Shown: positions 9,249 through 18,897 of the stretch, piece after piece
Numbering within the stretch: position 1 is the stretch's first letter
Layout: every line of letters begins with the position of its first letter
From: Oceanispirochaeta sp.
Lineage (GTDB): Bacteria; Spirochaetota; Spirochaetia; DSM-2461
Length of the DNA stretch: 64,000 nucleotides
Assembly (NCBI GenBank): GCA_963666275.2
Contig: CAXXOA010000002.1
Location: forward strand, 96,001 to 160,000
Direction of reading: 5' to 3'
Made by a program: the position numbers and the translations under genes
Notes under the pieces: generated by a model
Database searches by the model: none
What the model was told of the DNA's origin: nothing
The model's input: only the letters and a program-made list of their open reading frames with translations

Positions 9249-12200
9249 CAGTTATTCAGCAGGAGTTTTTCCGGATCCCGGGGAATTTCATCCATCATAT
9301 AGATATCTGTTTCAGGGAGAGGCCTCAGAAGCGCCATGGTATTGAGAAAAACCAGACTCTCCTCTGGTCTTGTTCTGACACCCGTATTGGGATCCCTGTC
9401 GATCCTGTCCGCATAGTCTGCGGCTTTTGTCAGATACACAAGAGCCTGACTCTGTCTCTGGGGATCCCGGCTCCTTGTGGAGAGCTGATACTCCACATAC
9501 CCCAGATTATTGTAGACCATGATAAAATAGTTCACCAGAGATCGGTGCTCAATGATATCTTCCGGAGCCAGATAGGGAAGACTGCTCTCTTCCAGTTTCA
9601 GGTCCCTGAGCAGATCATTATACATACTCCTGGCTCCGAAAAGGTTGTGTCGTTTCAGCATGGTATTGGCCAGAGCAAAACGGGAGCCCCTTTTATTCTG
9701 TAGTGCTCCTACAGCCTTTTCAAATTCCAGCACGGCCTGATCGTACTCTTCTCTGTCGTAAAGCACATACCCTTTTTTGTAGGACAGATTCCCCGATGTA
9801 TACTGATTTTGTTCAGCCAGGGTGAAATATTCCAGTGCGCCGCCCAGATCGTTATGCACATCAAAAAGAAGATTACCCATATCGGCATAAAGGAGACCGA
9901 CATTTTCCCGGGAACCGACCATTCCCCGCAAACGGCTGTTTTCAAGAAGCTGAATACCCATGATAAATTCATTTTCAGCCATATCGTAGTTGCCTTCCAC
10001 CATCTGAAGCTCTCCCCTTCTCCGGTGGATATCAATATTCATATACAATTCATCCCCGGTCAGCAGGGATTTCTGGTCCAGGTAGAACAGAGCCTTCTGG
10101 AGAGCCGATTTCTCCTGTCCCGTGTTATAGGTTTTATTGAAGTACCTTGCCAGCTGGTAGTGAACCTCCGGAACAGTAGCATCCAGCTCCTCCGCCCGGA
10201 AGAGATAGTCCTTGGCTTCGGAGACTTCGTTGGTATCGATAAAGTATCCACCCAGTTTGGCAATGGTTTCAGAAGCGTAATAGGGATCTGCCTTGATGGA
10301 GCCTTTGGACTGAAAAACCCCTCCCATCATCCTGATATTCTGATCATCCCGGCGGATCAGGAAGTAGCGCAGCATCCGAAGAACAACTTCGTCCCGGTTA
10401 TTGTACCTGGCCATGACACTGGCATACTGATAACGGGCATCTTCCAGTTTGGAGGGGTCTTCATGAGCCCATTCCAGATAGTTATCTCCCAGAGCCAGCA
10501 TAAGATCATAATTGTACATATCCTGATCAAGCCCCATAGAGAGGATTTCAGCGGACCTGGCATACTCACCCTTTTCCCTGGTAAGAAACTTTCCGAACTC
10601 CAGGTAACCATCCACATAGTCCCTGTATTCACCTATGAGGCCTTCATACATTTCCTGGGCATTGTTGTAGCTTCTCTGATCACTGAAAGCCTCGGCATAA
10701 TCCAGGAACTGTCCCTTCAGAGGCCATCCTTCAATATCGAGGAAATTCATAATGGTCCATCCGAAATAGGCCTTATTGAAATACTCTTTGGCTTCATCAA
10801 ATTCAAGTTCCTCGATTTTATCCAGGCCCTGGTTATAAAAGACAAGAGCCTGAAGCGGTCTGTAGAGGAATTGAAAACTCAGATAGACAAGAAATCCCAG
10901 TCCCACAAGGATCAGAGAAATAATTCGGAGAAGAGGCCAGCCCTTTTCTTTGAACTGATAGATAAATCCGGTTTTCTTTTGTTCAAAGACCCTGCCGCTC
11001 TGCCTCTGGTATCCTTTAGGGAGCGGTATCTTTTTACCGGTTATATTAAAAAATTCATTGGCAATAATCCGGGGAGTACTGCCTTTGATGAGGAGTTCTA
11101 TTAACTTCTTATAGCGCTCACTTGTAAGATCAGCCTCCGAGAGCGCATCCTGAATATTGAGCTTAAGATTGAGAGGAAGGGCTCTGAGAGAATCCTGAAG
11201 AGATTCCATATTCTCTTCTGAAATTTCAAACAGATCCTCATCTTCGATCAGATCTTCCTGATCCTCCATAAGGAAGGTGTCATCCAGAGTATCAAGACTG
11301 TCCAGAGAAGCTTCCAGATCGTCGTCAAAGTTGATCCCTTCCTGAAAGTTGAACTGATCTCCCAGATCCCCCATGGAGAACTGCATGGCACTGTCATCAT
11401 CATCCATGGACAGATCATCCATACCGCCTATTTCCGGGATCTCCTCGTCGGGAGAGGTAAGATCAATCTCTTCGTCCGGTGATGTGAGATCAAACTCCTC
11501 GGGAGAATCATCGAGTTCACTGAGGTCAACCTCTTCAGGTTCTTCAATACCGGCATCCTCAGAAACAGAAAGATCTCCCAGTTCCTGAATCTCTTCAGCA
11601 TCCTCTTCAGAAGACCCTGATGATCCCATACCCGGCAATCCAAGATCTCCGAAGCCCTCCAGATCCTCGTCTGAAGCGGAAAGAGAGTCCAGATCTCCGA
11701 AGCTGCTCAGATCATCCAGGTCATCGAACCCTCCCGGCCCTTCTTCAAAGGCACTGTCATCAACAGGCTCCTCTCCAAGATCTTCCATCTCTCCGAGATC
11801 TTCCATCTCTCCGAGATCTTCCATCTCTCCGAGATCTTCCATCCCGCCGAGATCTTCCATCTCTCCGAGATCTTCCATCCCTCCGAGATCTTCCATCTCT
11901 CCGAGATCTTCCATCTCTCCGAGATCTTCCATCTCACCGAGATCTTCCATCCCGCCGAGATCTTCCATCTCACCGAGATCTTCCATCCCGCCGAGATCTT
12001 CCATCCCTCCGAGATCTTCCATCCCTCCGAGATCTTCCATCCCTCCAAGATCTTCCATCCCGCCGAGATCATCCATCCCGCCGAGATCATCCATCCCGCC
12101 GAGATCATCCATCCCGCCGAGATCTTCCATCCCGTCAGAATCATCGGAGAGCCCCAGTCCTGCCAGAGCTTCAATCCCTGCCAGCTCCTCCATATCAAAA

Positions 12201-12442
12201 GAGCTGTCACTCTCCGAAGGCGCTGTTTCAGGGCTGTCATCTTCAAACCCGGCCTGACCCAGAAGTTCATCAAGAGAGAGATCCTCCCCGTCAAACTGGT
12301 CCATACCCAGGGTTTCTTCAAGAGATGGTTCAGGGGGCTGAACGTCTTCGATCTCTTCACCGAGACCGGCAAGGACAGCGGGTTCGTCTCCCCATTGGTT
12401 AATTGTGTTTTTAAAACTCTCTATGTCTTCTCGGCTTGGCAT
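9248..12442 (-). CDS. flcA: Periplasmic flagellar collar protein FlcA-like (acidic N-terminus, one TM, TPR-like C-terminus)
   Basis: Start re-set to ATG 12442 (MPSREDIESFK..DEP). Long acidic region, LPLNLKL motif, a single TM helix, then helical TPR-like repeats, matching the spirochaete FlcA architecture. Confidence 0.75.
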   Translation of the reverse strand: MPSREDIESFKNTINQWGDEPAVLAGLGEEIEDVQPPEPSLEETLGMDQFDGEDLSLDELLGQAGFEDDSPETAPSESDSSFDMEELAGIEALAGLGLSDDSDGMEDLGGMDDLGGMDDLGGMDDLGGMEDLGGMEDLGGMEDLGGMEDLGGMEDLGEMEDLGGMEDLGEMEDLGEMEDLGEMEDLGGMEDLGEMEDLGGMEDLGEMEDLGEMEDLGEMEDLGEEPVDDSAFEEGPGGFDDLDDLSSFGDLDSLSASDEDLEGFGDLGLPGMGSSGSSEEDAEEIQELGDLSVSEDAGIEEPEEVDLSELDDSPEEFDLTSPDEEIDLTSPDEEIPEIGGMDDLSMDDDDSAMQFSMGDLGDQFNFQEGINFDDDLEASLDSLDTLDDTFLMEDQEDLIEDEDLFEISEENMESLQDSLRALPLNLKLNIQDALSEADLTSERYKKLIELLIKGSTPRIIANEFFNITGKKIPLPKGYQRQSGRVFEQKKTGFIYQFKEKGWPLLRIISLILVGLGFLVYLSFQFLYRPLQALVFYNQGLDKIEELEFDEAKEYFNKAYFGWTIMNFLDIEGWPLKGQFLDYAEAFSDQRSYNNAQEMYEGLIGEYRDYVDGYLEFGKFLTREKGEYARSAEILSMGLDQDMYNYDLMLALGDNYLEWAHEDPSKLEDARYQYASVMARYNNRDEVVLRMLRYFLIRRDDQNIRMMGGVFQSKGSIKADPYYASETIAKLGGYFIDTNEVSEAKDYLFRAEELDATVPEVHYQLARYFNKTYNTGQEKSALQKALFYLDQKSLLTGDELYMNIDIHRRRGELQMVEGNYDMAENEFIMGIQLLENSRLRGMVGSRENVGLLYADMGNLLFDVHNDLGGALEYFTLAEQNQYTSGNLSYKKGYVLYDREEYDQAVLEFEKAVGALQNKRGSRFALANTMLKRHNLFGARSMYNDLLRDLKLEESSLPYLAPEDIIEHRSLVNYFIMVYNNLGYVEYQLSTRSRDPQRQSQALVYLTKAADYADRIDRDPNTGVRTRPEESLVFLNTMALLRPLPETDIYMMDEIPRDPEKLLLNN
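11771..12130 (-). repeat. Coding tandem repeat, 20 x 18 bp (M[ED]DLG[GE])
   Basis: Unit GAGATCTTCCATC[CT]C[TG]CC on the + strand; 20 consecutive hexapeptides counted in the translation. Confidence 0.97.
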
Positions 12443-12620
12443 ATAAATCCCATCTTCATATGATTTTCGGCATTTATTCAAGGGAGCAAAAGTTTTTTCA
12501 AAGCCAGGTCAACTTCCGGAGGAAAAAAACCGAAATTCTAAGAACACAGCATTGAAATCCAACACATGAAATAAACAGACCTGAAAGAGAAAGCGATTTC
12601 GGGAAGACAGGAATTCTAAT

Positions 12621-13313
12621 ATGAGAAAACAGCTGCTATCACTTCTACTGCCTCTGATGCTTCTGGGACAGATTCAGGCCCTGGAAATTCAGGATGTCCA
12701 GCTCCATCTGAAAATTACAGGGATGACAGAAGCAAAAGCACCGGAGATCTGGCGGGAATATCTGATACTGACCTATAAGCCGGAAAAACCGATACGGTAT
12801 GTGGGAGCCGCTTTTTCAACAGAAGACTTCCGGGAAATCCATAACTATATGTACAACAGCAACGGAATCTACTTTCTGATTCTCCCTGCCCCCGCAGAAG
12901 AGCTGATTACCTATCGTCTTGTTGTAGACGGCATCTGGGAGACAGATCCTCAGAACCCCCGGACACAGTCCGACAGAAACGGCCTACTCCTTTCAAAACT
13001 GGAATTCAGTCAGCCGGCCGAATCAGGTTCTCTGAGCCCCGTACTGATGGACAGCTCCAGGGTCAGGTTTCATATCAGGACATCTCCTGGCCGGCAGGTT
13101 TATCTGGCTGGTGATTTTAATAACTGGGACCCCTATATGACCGATATGGATGAAATTGAACCGGGAACCTACAGTGTGACCCTGAATATAAAACCGGGAC
13201 GATACGGGTATTACTACCTCATAGACGGAGAGCCGCTGACCGATCCGCTCAATTTCCAGAAATCCAGATCAAATGCGGGGGAGGATATATCCATCCTCTA
13301 TATTCCCGGCTGA
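12621..13313 (+). CDS. Exported protein with two CBM48/AMPK-beta-like (glycogen-binding, E-set) domains
   Basis: Signal peptide; YRLVVDGIWETDPQNP and VYLAGDFNNWDP..PGRYGYYYLIDG..DPLN motifs. Confidence 0.8.
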   Translation: MRKQLLSLLLPLMLLGQIQALEIQDVQLHLKITGMTEAKAPEIWREYLILTYKPEKPIRYVGAAFSTEDFREIHNYMYNSNGIYFLILPAPAEELITYRLVVDGIWETDPQNPRTQSDRNGLLLSKLEFSQPAESGSLSPVLMDSSRVRFHIRTSPGRQVYLAGDFNNWDPYMTDMDEIEPGTYSVTLNIKPGRYGYYYLIDGEPLTDPLNFQKSRSNAGEDISILYIPG

Positions 13314-14278
13314 ATCCCCCGGGGGACCTGAAACACCGGTGCCCCTTCCACAAGAGCTGCATAGGCATTCATGGCCGTTTTCCGTTTAAGATCCACCACG
13401 GACTGTTCGCTGAAATAGGCTTCATGGTCGGTTAAAACAACATTATCCAGAGACAGAAGCGGATTCCCCTGATCCGGGGGTTCAGATTCAAAAACATCCA
13501 GGGCCGCCGCTCTCAGCGGACCTGATGTCAGGGCTTTATACAGAGCTTTTTCGCAAAGAAGACCACCCCTGGCTGTATTGACCAGAACACTACCCGGTTT
13601 CATGGCCATCAGCTGCTCTTCCCCCAGAAGGCCTCTTGTTTCCTCGTTCAGAGGGAGATGGATCGTCAGATAGTCGGAGGAGGAGATCAGTTCCTCCAGA
13701 GAAACCGCAAGGGCGCCGTTCTCCAGGATCTGTCCGGGTTTGAGGCTGCGGGAACAGACGAGTATCCGGGAAAACCCGAATCCCCCCACCTGCCGATGCA
13801 TGGCCTGTCCGGTCTGACCGTACCCCAGAATGCCCAGATTGGATCCATTGATCCTGTGGATCCGATGGCCCGGAGAGTCCCGCCAGTGCCCTTTTCTGAC
13901 AAGACTGTGACGCTGGGGAATCCGGCGGGCACAGCTCAAAAGAAGAGCCGCCGCATGTTCCGCCACCTCTGTGACGCAGTAATCCGGAACAATCCCCACA
14001 GGGATTCCTTTTTCAGCTGCCGCAGCAACATCCACATTGTCGTAGCCGATACCGTAGCGGGAAATGATCCGGCATCTGTCCAGAGATTCAATCAGTTCTC
14101 TGTCAATCCGGGCCATATTGACCAGAAGGGCATCGGCTCCTTTCACAACCTTCAGAAGCTCATCCCTTTTCAGATGCCTGTAGGATTCCAGTACAAAGCG
14201 GTCATCAGAAAAAACCTCTTCCTCCTCATGGGTGTGATCAAAAAGGTTATCTGTTATAACTATGCGGTATCGACTCAT
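13298..14278 (-). CDS. D-2-hydroxyacid dehydrogenase (CtBP/SerA-like)
   Basis: RYGIGYDNVD, VPDYC..EVAEH, GILGYGQTG, VNTARGGL, LDVFE.EP, TDHEA. Start re-set to MSRYRIV. Confidence 0.9.
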   Translation of the reverse strand: MSRYRIVITDNLFDHTHEEEEVFSDDRFVLESYRHLKRDELLKVVKGADALLVNMARIDRELIESLDRCRIISRYGIGYDNVDVAAAAEKGIPVGIVPDYCVTEVAEHAAALLLSCARRIPQRHSLVRKGHWRDSPGHRIHRINGSNLGILGYGQTGQAMHRQVGGFGFSRILVCSRSLKPGQILENGALAVSLEELISSSDYLTIHLPLNEETRGLLGEEQLMAMKPGSVLVNTARGGLLCEKALYKALTSGPLRAAALDVFESEPPDQGNPLLSLDNVVLTDHEAYFSEQSVVDLKRKTAMNAYAALVEGAPVFQVPRGIQPGI

Positions 14279-14284
14279 AGAGGG

Positions 14285-14313
14285 AGTATAGACCAAGAGG
14301 TTTGATCTGGCAA
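14285..14313 (-). promoter_or_regulatory. Sigma70 promoter predicting a leaderless dehydrogenase mRNA
   Basis: TTGCCA-N17-TATACT-N6-ATG, no Shine-Dalgarno. Confidence 0.65.
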
Positions 14314-14324
14314 TTCCGGGAACT

Positions 14325-14642
14325 CTACTCGTTTTCGATGGTCACCGAGACATCCTTCGGAAGAGCCAGGGAAGCTGCGGCCTCAATCGTTTTTAGAATC
14401 CCCATAGGGACGGGGCAGGCGGCATGGGAGCAGTGCTCCACAGCGAGCTTGTAAACCGGAGAATCAGTCATTTTTCCGAATACAGCCGAAAAGGCATCCA
14501 CTTCCTGAAGGGATTCTGCTATTTTCTGAATATCCGGACAGTCCGATCTGATCTGAAGCGAGACATTCTGTCCGTCACGGCTTTCCGCTTTTACTGTTGT
14601 TTTGAATCCGCATGCACCTGCATTGATTACCGATTTAGTCAT
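14325..14642 (-). CDS. Small Cys-rich conserved protein (DUF6951-like)
   Basis: GACGF, SDC, HAACPVP, LALPKDV pattern; GGAG RBS. Confidence 0.7.
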   Translation of the reverse strand: MTKSVINAGACGFKTTVKAESRDGQNVSLQIRSDCPDIQKIAESLQEVDAFSAVFGKMTDSPVYKLAVEHCSHAACPVPMGILKTIEAAASLALPKDVSVTIENE

Positions 14643-14785
14643 GAGATCTCCTGAGACATTAGAATATAGATATAATTATAGCTCCCGTATGTTCGGGAAA
14701 GCTCAGAAAAAATCAGGGATTTTTTGGAATATTCCGACAGGGAAGAGCCTGTACCGGCCCTCTCCTGCCTATTGGGCAGAATAAA

Positions 14786-15241
14786 CTACTGGTCATCCGG
14801 ATCGGGACAGCCCGGGGCGGGCCCGGCAATGGAGTGGGGTCTTGAAACCTGATCGAAGTCTTCCAGCTGGGAACGGAGAGTGTCCATTTTCGGCAGAGGA
14901 GTCTTCTCCCCTTTGCAGGCGATACTGACAAAGGTCACGATTGTGGAAAACACAAGTTTTTCCTGAGTGGCTCCCGGTTCATCTGCAAAGACATCCACCT
15001 GATAGCGGGCGCTGCTGGTTCCCTGATCCACGGGAAGGATATGAAACCTGAGGATCGATCCGTTGACAACGGACTCTTCAAAGCTGATCCGGTCCATCCC
15101 CCTGGTGACCAGCCTGTACCCGGGAAAATCCCGGGAAGCTGTCAGCCAGGCGAATTCATCGACCCAGAAGAGCATCTGCCCTCCGAAAAGATATCCGTGA
15201 TGATTAAGATGCTCCGAGCGGACTGAGGTATAGGTGTTCAA
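14786..15241 (-). CDS. Hotdog-fold acyl-CoA thioesterase
   Basis: HLNHHGYLFGGQMLFWVDE; FSTIVTFV; overlaps the ACT gene stop. Confidence 0.88.
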   Translation of the reverse strand: MNTYTSVRSEHLNHHGYLFGGQMLFWVDEFAWLTASRDFPGYRLVTRGMDRISFEESVVNGSILRFHILPVDQGTSSARYQVDVFADEPGATQEKLVFSTIVTFVSIACKGEKTPLPKMDTLRSQLEDFDQVSRPHSIAGPAPGCPDPDDQ

Positions 15242-15654
15242 AAGGCGGTGATGGCCTCCATCCCGTTACTCCTGATGATATCAAGACCATGATCGATGTC
15301 CTCAACCTTGAACATAATGACAACTTTTCCCTCTTCCATCATCAAGGTGGAGTAAAGGTACTCGATATTGACGCTGTTCTTCTCAAAGATCTCCATCACG
15401 TCATGAAGGGCGCCGGGTTTATCATCCAGACGGACTCCGATAACTTCTGTCACCCGGGCTGTGAAGTTGTGGCTCTGCAGGAGCTCCAGAGTCTTTTCAG
15501 GCTGCTCCGAGATAATCCTGAGGATGCCGAAATCCGCGGTGTCCGCAATGGTCATAGCCTTCAGGGAGATATCCCCTTCTGCCATAATGCGTGTTACTTC
15601 GGCCAGACGGCCGTTTTTATTTTCAAGAAAGACTGAAATCTGTTTTACTTTCAT
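15238..15654 (-). CDS. Tandem ACT-domain protein (PaaK-associated)
   Basis: MKVKQISVFLENKNGRLAEV, ADTADFGILR, DKPGAL, NIEYLY. Start re-set to ATG 15654 behind GGAG. Confidence 0.9.
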   Translation of the reverse strand: MKVKQISVFLENKNGRLAEVTRIMAEGDISLKAMTIADTADFGILRIISEQPEKTLELLQSHNFTARVTEVIGVRLDDKPGALHDVMEIFEKNSVNIEYLYSTLMMEEGKVVIMFKVEDIDHGLDIIRSNGMEAITAF

Positions 15655-15673
15655 CAGTGGTCTCCTTCTGCTT

Positions 15674-16975
15674 TTAGATTTTTCTCTTGTCGATAACCCG
15701 TTTCGCCTTACCCTCGGACCGGGCAATGGACTTGGGCTCCACCAGTTTGATCATCATGCTGATCCCCAGCTCCTGCTTGATCTCCGCATGAATCTTGTTC
15801 TTGATCTTTTCAAGAGTTTTCGTTTCATCCGTAAAGAAACTGGGTTCCACTTCTACCTGGAGTTCCACTTCATCCAGATGGGTTTCTCCCCGTTCAATAA
15901 CGATCTGATAATGGGGCTCGGTCTCTTCAATCCTCATCAGAACATTCTCGATCTGACTGGGGAAGACATTGACCCCTCTGAGAATGAGCATATCATCGGT
16001 TCTTCCCAGGAGGCGGTGCATTTTCACAGTAGTCCTTCCGCAGGGACACTCATCATGCCACAGCCAGGTGATATCCCTGGTCCGGTACCGGATGATAGGA
16101 GTCCCTTCCCGGGTAATTGTTGTAAAAACAAGCTCTCCCTTCTCGCCTTCAGGCAGGACTTCCCCTGTTTCGGGATTGATGATTTCAGGATAGAAATGAT
16201 CTTCATTGACGTGGAGACCGTTATGGGCTTCGCACTCGTTGGAGACACCGGGACCGACAATTTCCGTGAGTCCGTAGATATCGAAGGCCTGAAGGTTCAG
16301 TTTCTCTTCGATCTCTTTCCTCATATTGTCACTCCAGGGCTCGGCCCCGAAAATTCCGGATTTGAGTGAGAGCTGTTTAAAGTCTATTCCCATCTCTTTG
16401 GCGACTTCCGCCATATAGAGAGAGTAGGAGGGAGTACAGGTCAGCATGGTGGACTTGAAATCCCGCATCAGCATCAGCTGCCTTTTGGTATTGCCTGAGG
16501 CAGCGGGGATTGTATTGCATCCCAGAGTATGGGAACCGTAATGGACTCCCAGTCCTCCTGTGAACATTCCGTATCCGTAGGCATTCTGAACCACATCATC
16601 GGGAGTTCCCCCGGCCATACAGAGACAGCGGGCCATCACTTCCGACCACATGGCGATATCCGCTTTGGTATAGGCGCCCAGAACAGGAGTTCCCGTTGTG
16701 CCCGAAGAGGTATGGATCTCGACAATATCCTTTTCAACCACAGCCAGGAGACCGTAGGGATAGGTTTCCCGCATTTCATCTTTGGTTGTAAAAGGCAGTT
16801 TGGCAATATCTTCGATGGAATTGATATCATCGGGTTTCACCCCGATTTCATCCATTTTTTTCGTATAGAACGGGATGTTCTCATACACATGCCGAACCAT
16901 CTTCTTCAAGTTGTAAAGCTGCTGAACTTTCCGGTCTTCCCGATTGTCACACTCGGCTTTTGGATTCCAGATCAC
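15674..16975 (-). CDS. paaK: Phenylacetate-CoA ligase family protein (copy 2)
   Basis: [54 protein letters not shown] start behind AAGGAGG. Confidence 0.92.
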   Translation of the reverse strand: MIWNPKAECDNREDRKVQQLYNLKKMVRHVYENIPFYTKKMDEIGVKPDDINSIEDIAKLPFTTKDEMRETYPYGLLAVVEKDIVEIHTSSGTTGTPVLGAYTKADIAMWSEVMARCLCMAGGTPDDVVQNAYGYGMFTGGLGVHYGSHTLGCNTIPAASGNTKRQLMLMRDFKSTMLTCTPSYSLYMAEVAKEMGIDFKQLSLKSGIFGAEPWSDNMRKEIEEKLNLQAFDIYGLTEIVGPGVSNECEAHNGLHVNEDHFYPEIINPETGEVLPEGEKGELVFTTITREGTPIIRYRTRDITWLWHDECPCGRTTVKMHRLLGRTDDMLILRGVNVFPSQIENVLMRIEETEPHYQIVIERGETHLDEVELQVEVEPSFFTDETKTLEKIKNKIHAEIKQELGISMMIKLVEPKSIARSEGKAKRVIDKRKI

Positions 16976-17015
16976 AATATCCTCCTTATGCTGCAAATAA
17001 CAGTAGTTCTATCCT

Positions 17016-18332
17016 CTAGTAGAGTCCTTTCCTCTCGTCCACAACCCGTATGGCCTTTCCCTGCTGAACCGGTAGAAAACCGGGTTCGTGCAGTTCCACT
17101 GCAGGATTGATGGTAATATAGGCTCTCAGTTCCTCTTTTATTCTCTCTTTCAGAGAATTCAAGTCCCGGGCATCGTCCGAAAAGAGCTCCGCTCCGACTT
17201 CGGTCTGAATCGTCAGTCTGTCCAGGGTTCCCTCTTTCTGAACCTTGATCAGATAATTGGTCCCGATACCGGGCATCTTCATGATCACTTCTTCGATCTG
17301 GGAGGGAAATACATTCACTCCGTTGATAATAAGCATATCATCGGTTCTGCCCTTGATCCTTGTAATCCTCCGGCTGGTTCTTCCGCAGCTGCAGGGTTCG
17401 GGTACGATTTTTGTAAGATCCTTTGTTCTGTAGCGCAGGAGGGGGGTTCCCGTTCTGATCAGTATTGTCAGGACAAGCTCCCCTTCCACACCCTCGTCCA
17501 CAGGTTCCAGAGTGGTCCGGTCTATGGTTTCAAGATAATAGGCATCTTCCCATACATGCATCCCGTTTTTCTCTTCGCATTCAAAGGCCACACTGGGACC
17601 GTTCATTTCGGACAATCCGTAGGAGTTGTAGGCATCGATTCCGTAAAGTTCCTCGATCTTCTGCCGGATCTCTTCCGAATGGGGTTCTGCTCCTATGAGA
17701 GCTCTTTTCAGATTGAAATCGTCCATGGAGTATCCGAACTCTTCCATCCGGCTATACAGGTGCAGCATATAGCTGGGAGTGGCATGAACCGTTGTGGTTT
17801 TGAAATCTTTCATTAGCTGAAACTGGCGCTTCGTGTTCCCGCTGGAAGCGGGAATGACAAGCATTCCCAGTTTTTCCGCCCCGTAGTGAAGACCGATCCC
17901 CCCGGTAAAGAGACCATAGGTCATCATGTTCTGAAAAACATCGCCCTTATGGCATCCTGTCGCTTTCAGGGAACGGACGGTCATATTGGTCCAGTTGTCC
18001 AGATCATTCTGGGTATGGTAGATCACCGTGGGAGTTCCCGTGGTGCCGCTGGAGGCATGCATCCTGACGATTTCATCCAGATCCACCGAAAGAAGACCAT
18101 AGGGATAGGCTTCCCTCAAATCATCTTTGGTGGTATAGGGAATCTTCTGAATATCCTCAAGACAGCTTATATCTTCTGCCGAAACAATCCCCACACCGTT
18201 GAGCCTCTCCCTGTAGAAAGGAGTGGTCAGAGCTGTGGCGACAGTTTTTTTCAATCTCAGAAGCTGAAGGGCCTGAAGGGCTTCCCTGTCCAGGCGCTCC
18301 ACCTCTTCATCTTTATAGAGATCATGAATCAT
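17016..18332 (-). CDS. paaK: Phenylacetate-CoA ligase family protein (copy 1)
   Basis: [49 protein letters not shown]. Confidence 0.92.
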   Translation of the reverse strand: MIHDLYKDEEVERLDREALQALQLLRLKKTVATALTTPFYRERLNGVGIVSAEDISCLEDIQKIPYTTKDDLREAYPYGLLSVDLDEIVRMHASSGTTGTPTVIYHTQNDLDNWTNMTVRSLKATGCHKGDVFQNMMTYGLFTGGIGLHYGAEKLGMLVIPASSGNTKRQFQLMKDFKTTTVHATPSYMLHLYSRMEEFGYSMDDFNLKRALIGAEPHSEEIRQKIEELYGIDAYNSYGLSEMNGPSVAFECEEKNGMHVWEDAYYLETIDRTTLEPVDEGVEGELVLTILIRTGTPLLRYRTKDLTKIVPEPCSCGRTSRRITRIKGRTDDMLIINGVNVFPSQIEEVIMKMPGIGTNYLIKVQKEGTLDRLTIQTEVGAELFSDDARDLNSLKERIKEELRAYITINPAVELHEPGFLPVQQGKAIRVVDERKGLY

Positions 18333-18897
18333 AGGAAGCCGCTCCCAGTTCCAGGGCTTTGAAGTTGACCTTTATGATATCCTCCCCCTTCCGGGCAAAG
18401 AGTTTGGAAACAGCCTTTTTCAGATCATCCATGGACACAGGAAGGTGGGGAGACGCGGCTCCCACAATCACCATGTTTCCCGCTCTGGCTGATCCGGCTT
18501 CCCTGGCGATTTCCGCATCATTCACAAGACGAACATTGGGAAGGGCCTTCACGGCTTTATGAACTTCTTCCAGTTCAGGATAGTTGGGAATATTGATAAC
18601 CGGTCCTGCAGAGGTGACGAGCAGGCCTGATTCAGAAAGCCAGGGAAGGTAGCGGAGGCTTTCCAGGGGTTCCATACTGAGAACCATGTCCGCCGTGCCC
18701 TGAGCAATCAGATCCGAATAGATCTCCCCGTCGGAAATTCTCATATGAGCCATCACGGCACCGCCCCTCTGGGCCATACCATGAACTTCCGACTGCCTGA
18801 CATTGAATCCCGCTTCGGCCGCAGCAGAAGCAATCACAGCGGCAAGGGAGAGAACTCCCTGCCCGCCTACTCCGGAAAGAATTATATCGTACTTCAC
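18322..18897 (-). CDS. iorB: Indolepyruvate:ferredoxin oxidoreductase beta subunit
   Basis: GVGGQG, SEVHGMAQRGG, EPLESLRY. Confidence 0.93.
   Translation of the reverse strand: MKYDIILSGVGGQGVLSLAAVIASAAAEAGFNVRQSEVHGMAQRGGAVMAHMRISDGEIYSDLIAQGTADMVLSMEPLESLRYLPWLSESGLLVTSAGPVINIPNYPELEEVHKAVKALPNVRLVNDAEIAREAGSARAGNMVIVGAASPHLPVSMDDLKKAVSKLFARKGEDIIKVNFKALELGAASYDS

Noticed and set aside
9809..11104. Long antisense ORFs (also 4723-5559, 29351-30391, 35220-36221, 39973-41271, 61493-62548 and others)
   Set aside because: Shadows of well-supported genes on the opposite strand; no recognisable motifs.
11620..12402. Alternative-frame ORFs with RDLPSL or WKISEG repeats
   Set aside because: By-products of the stop-free 18-bp repeat inside flcA.
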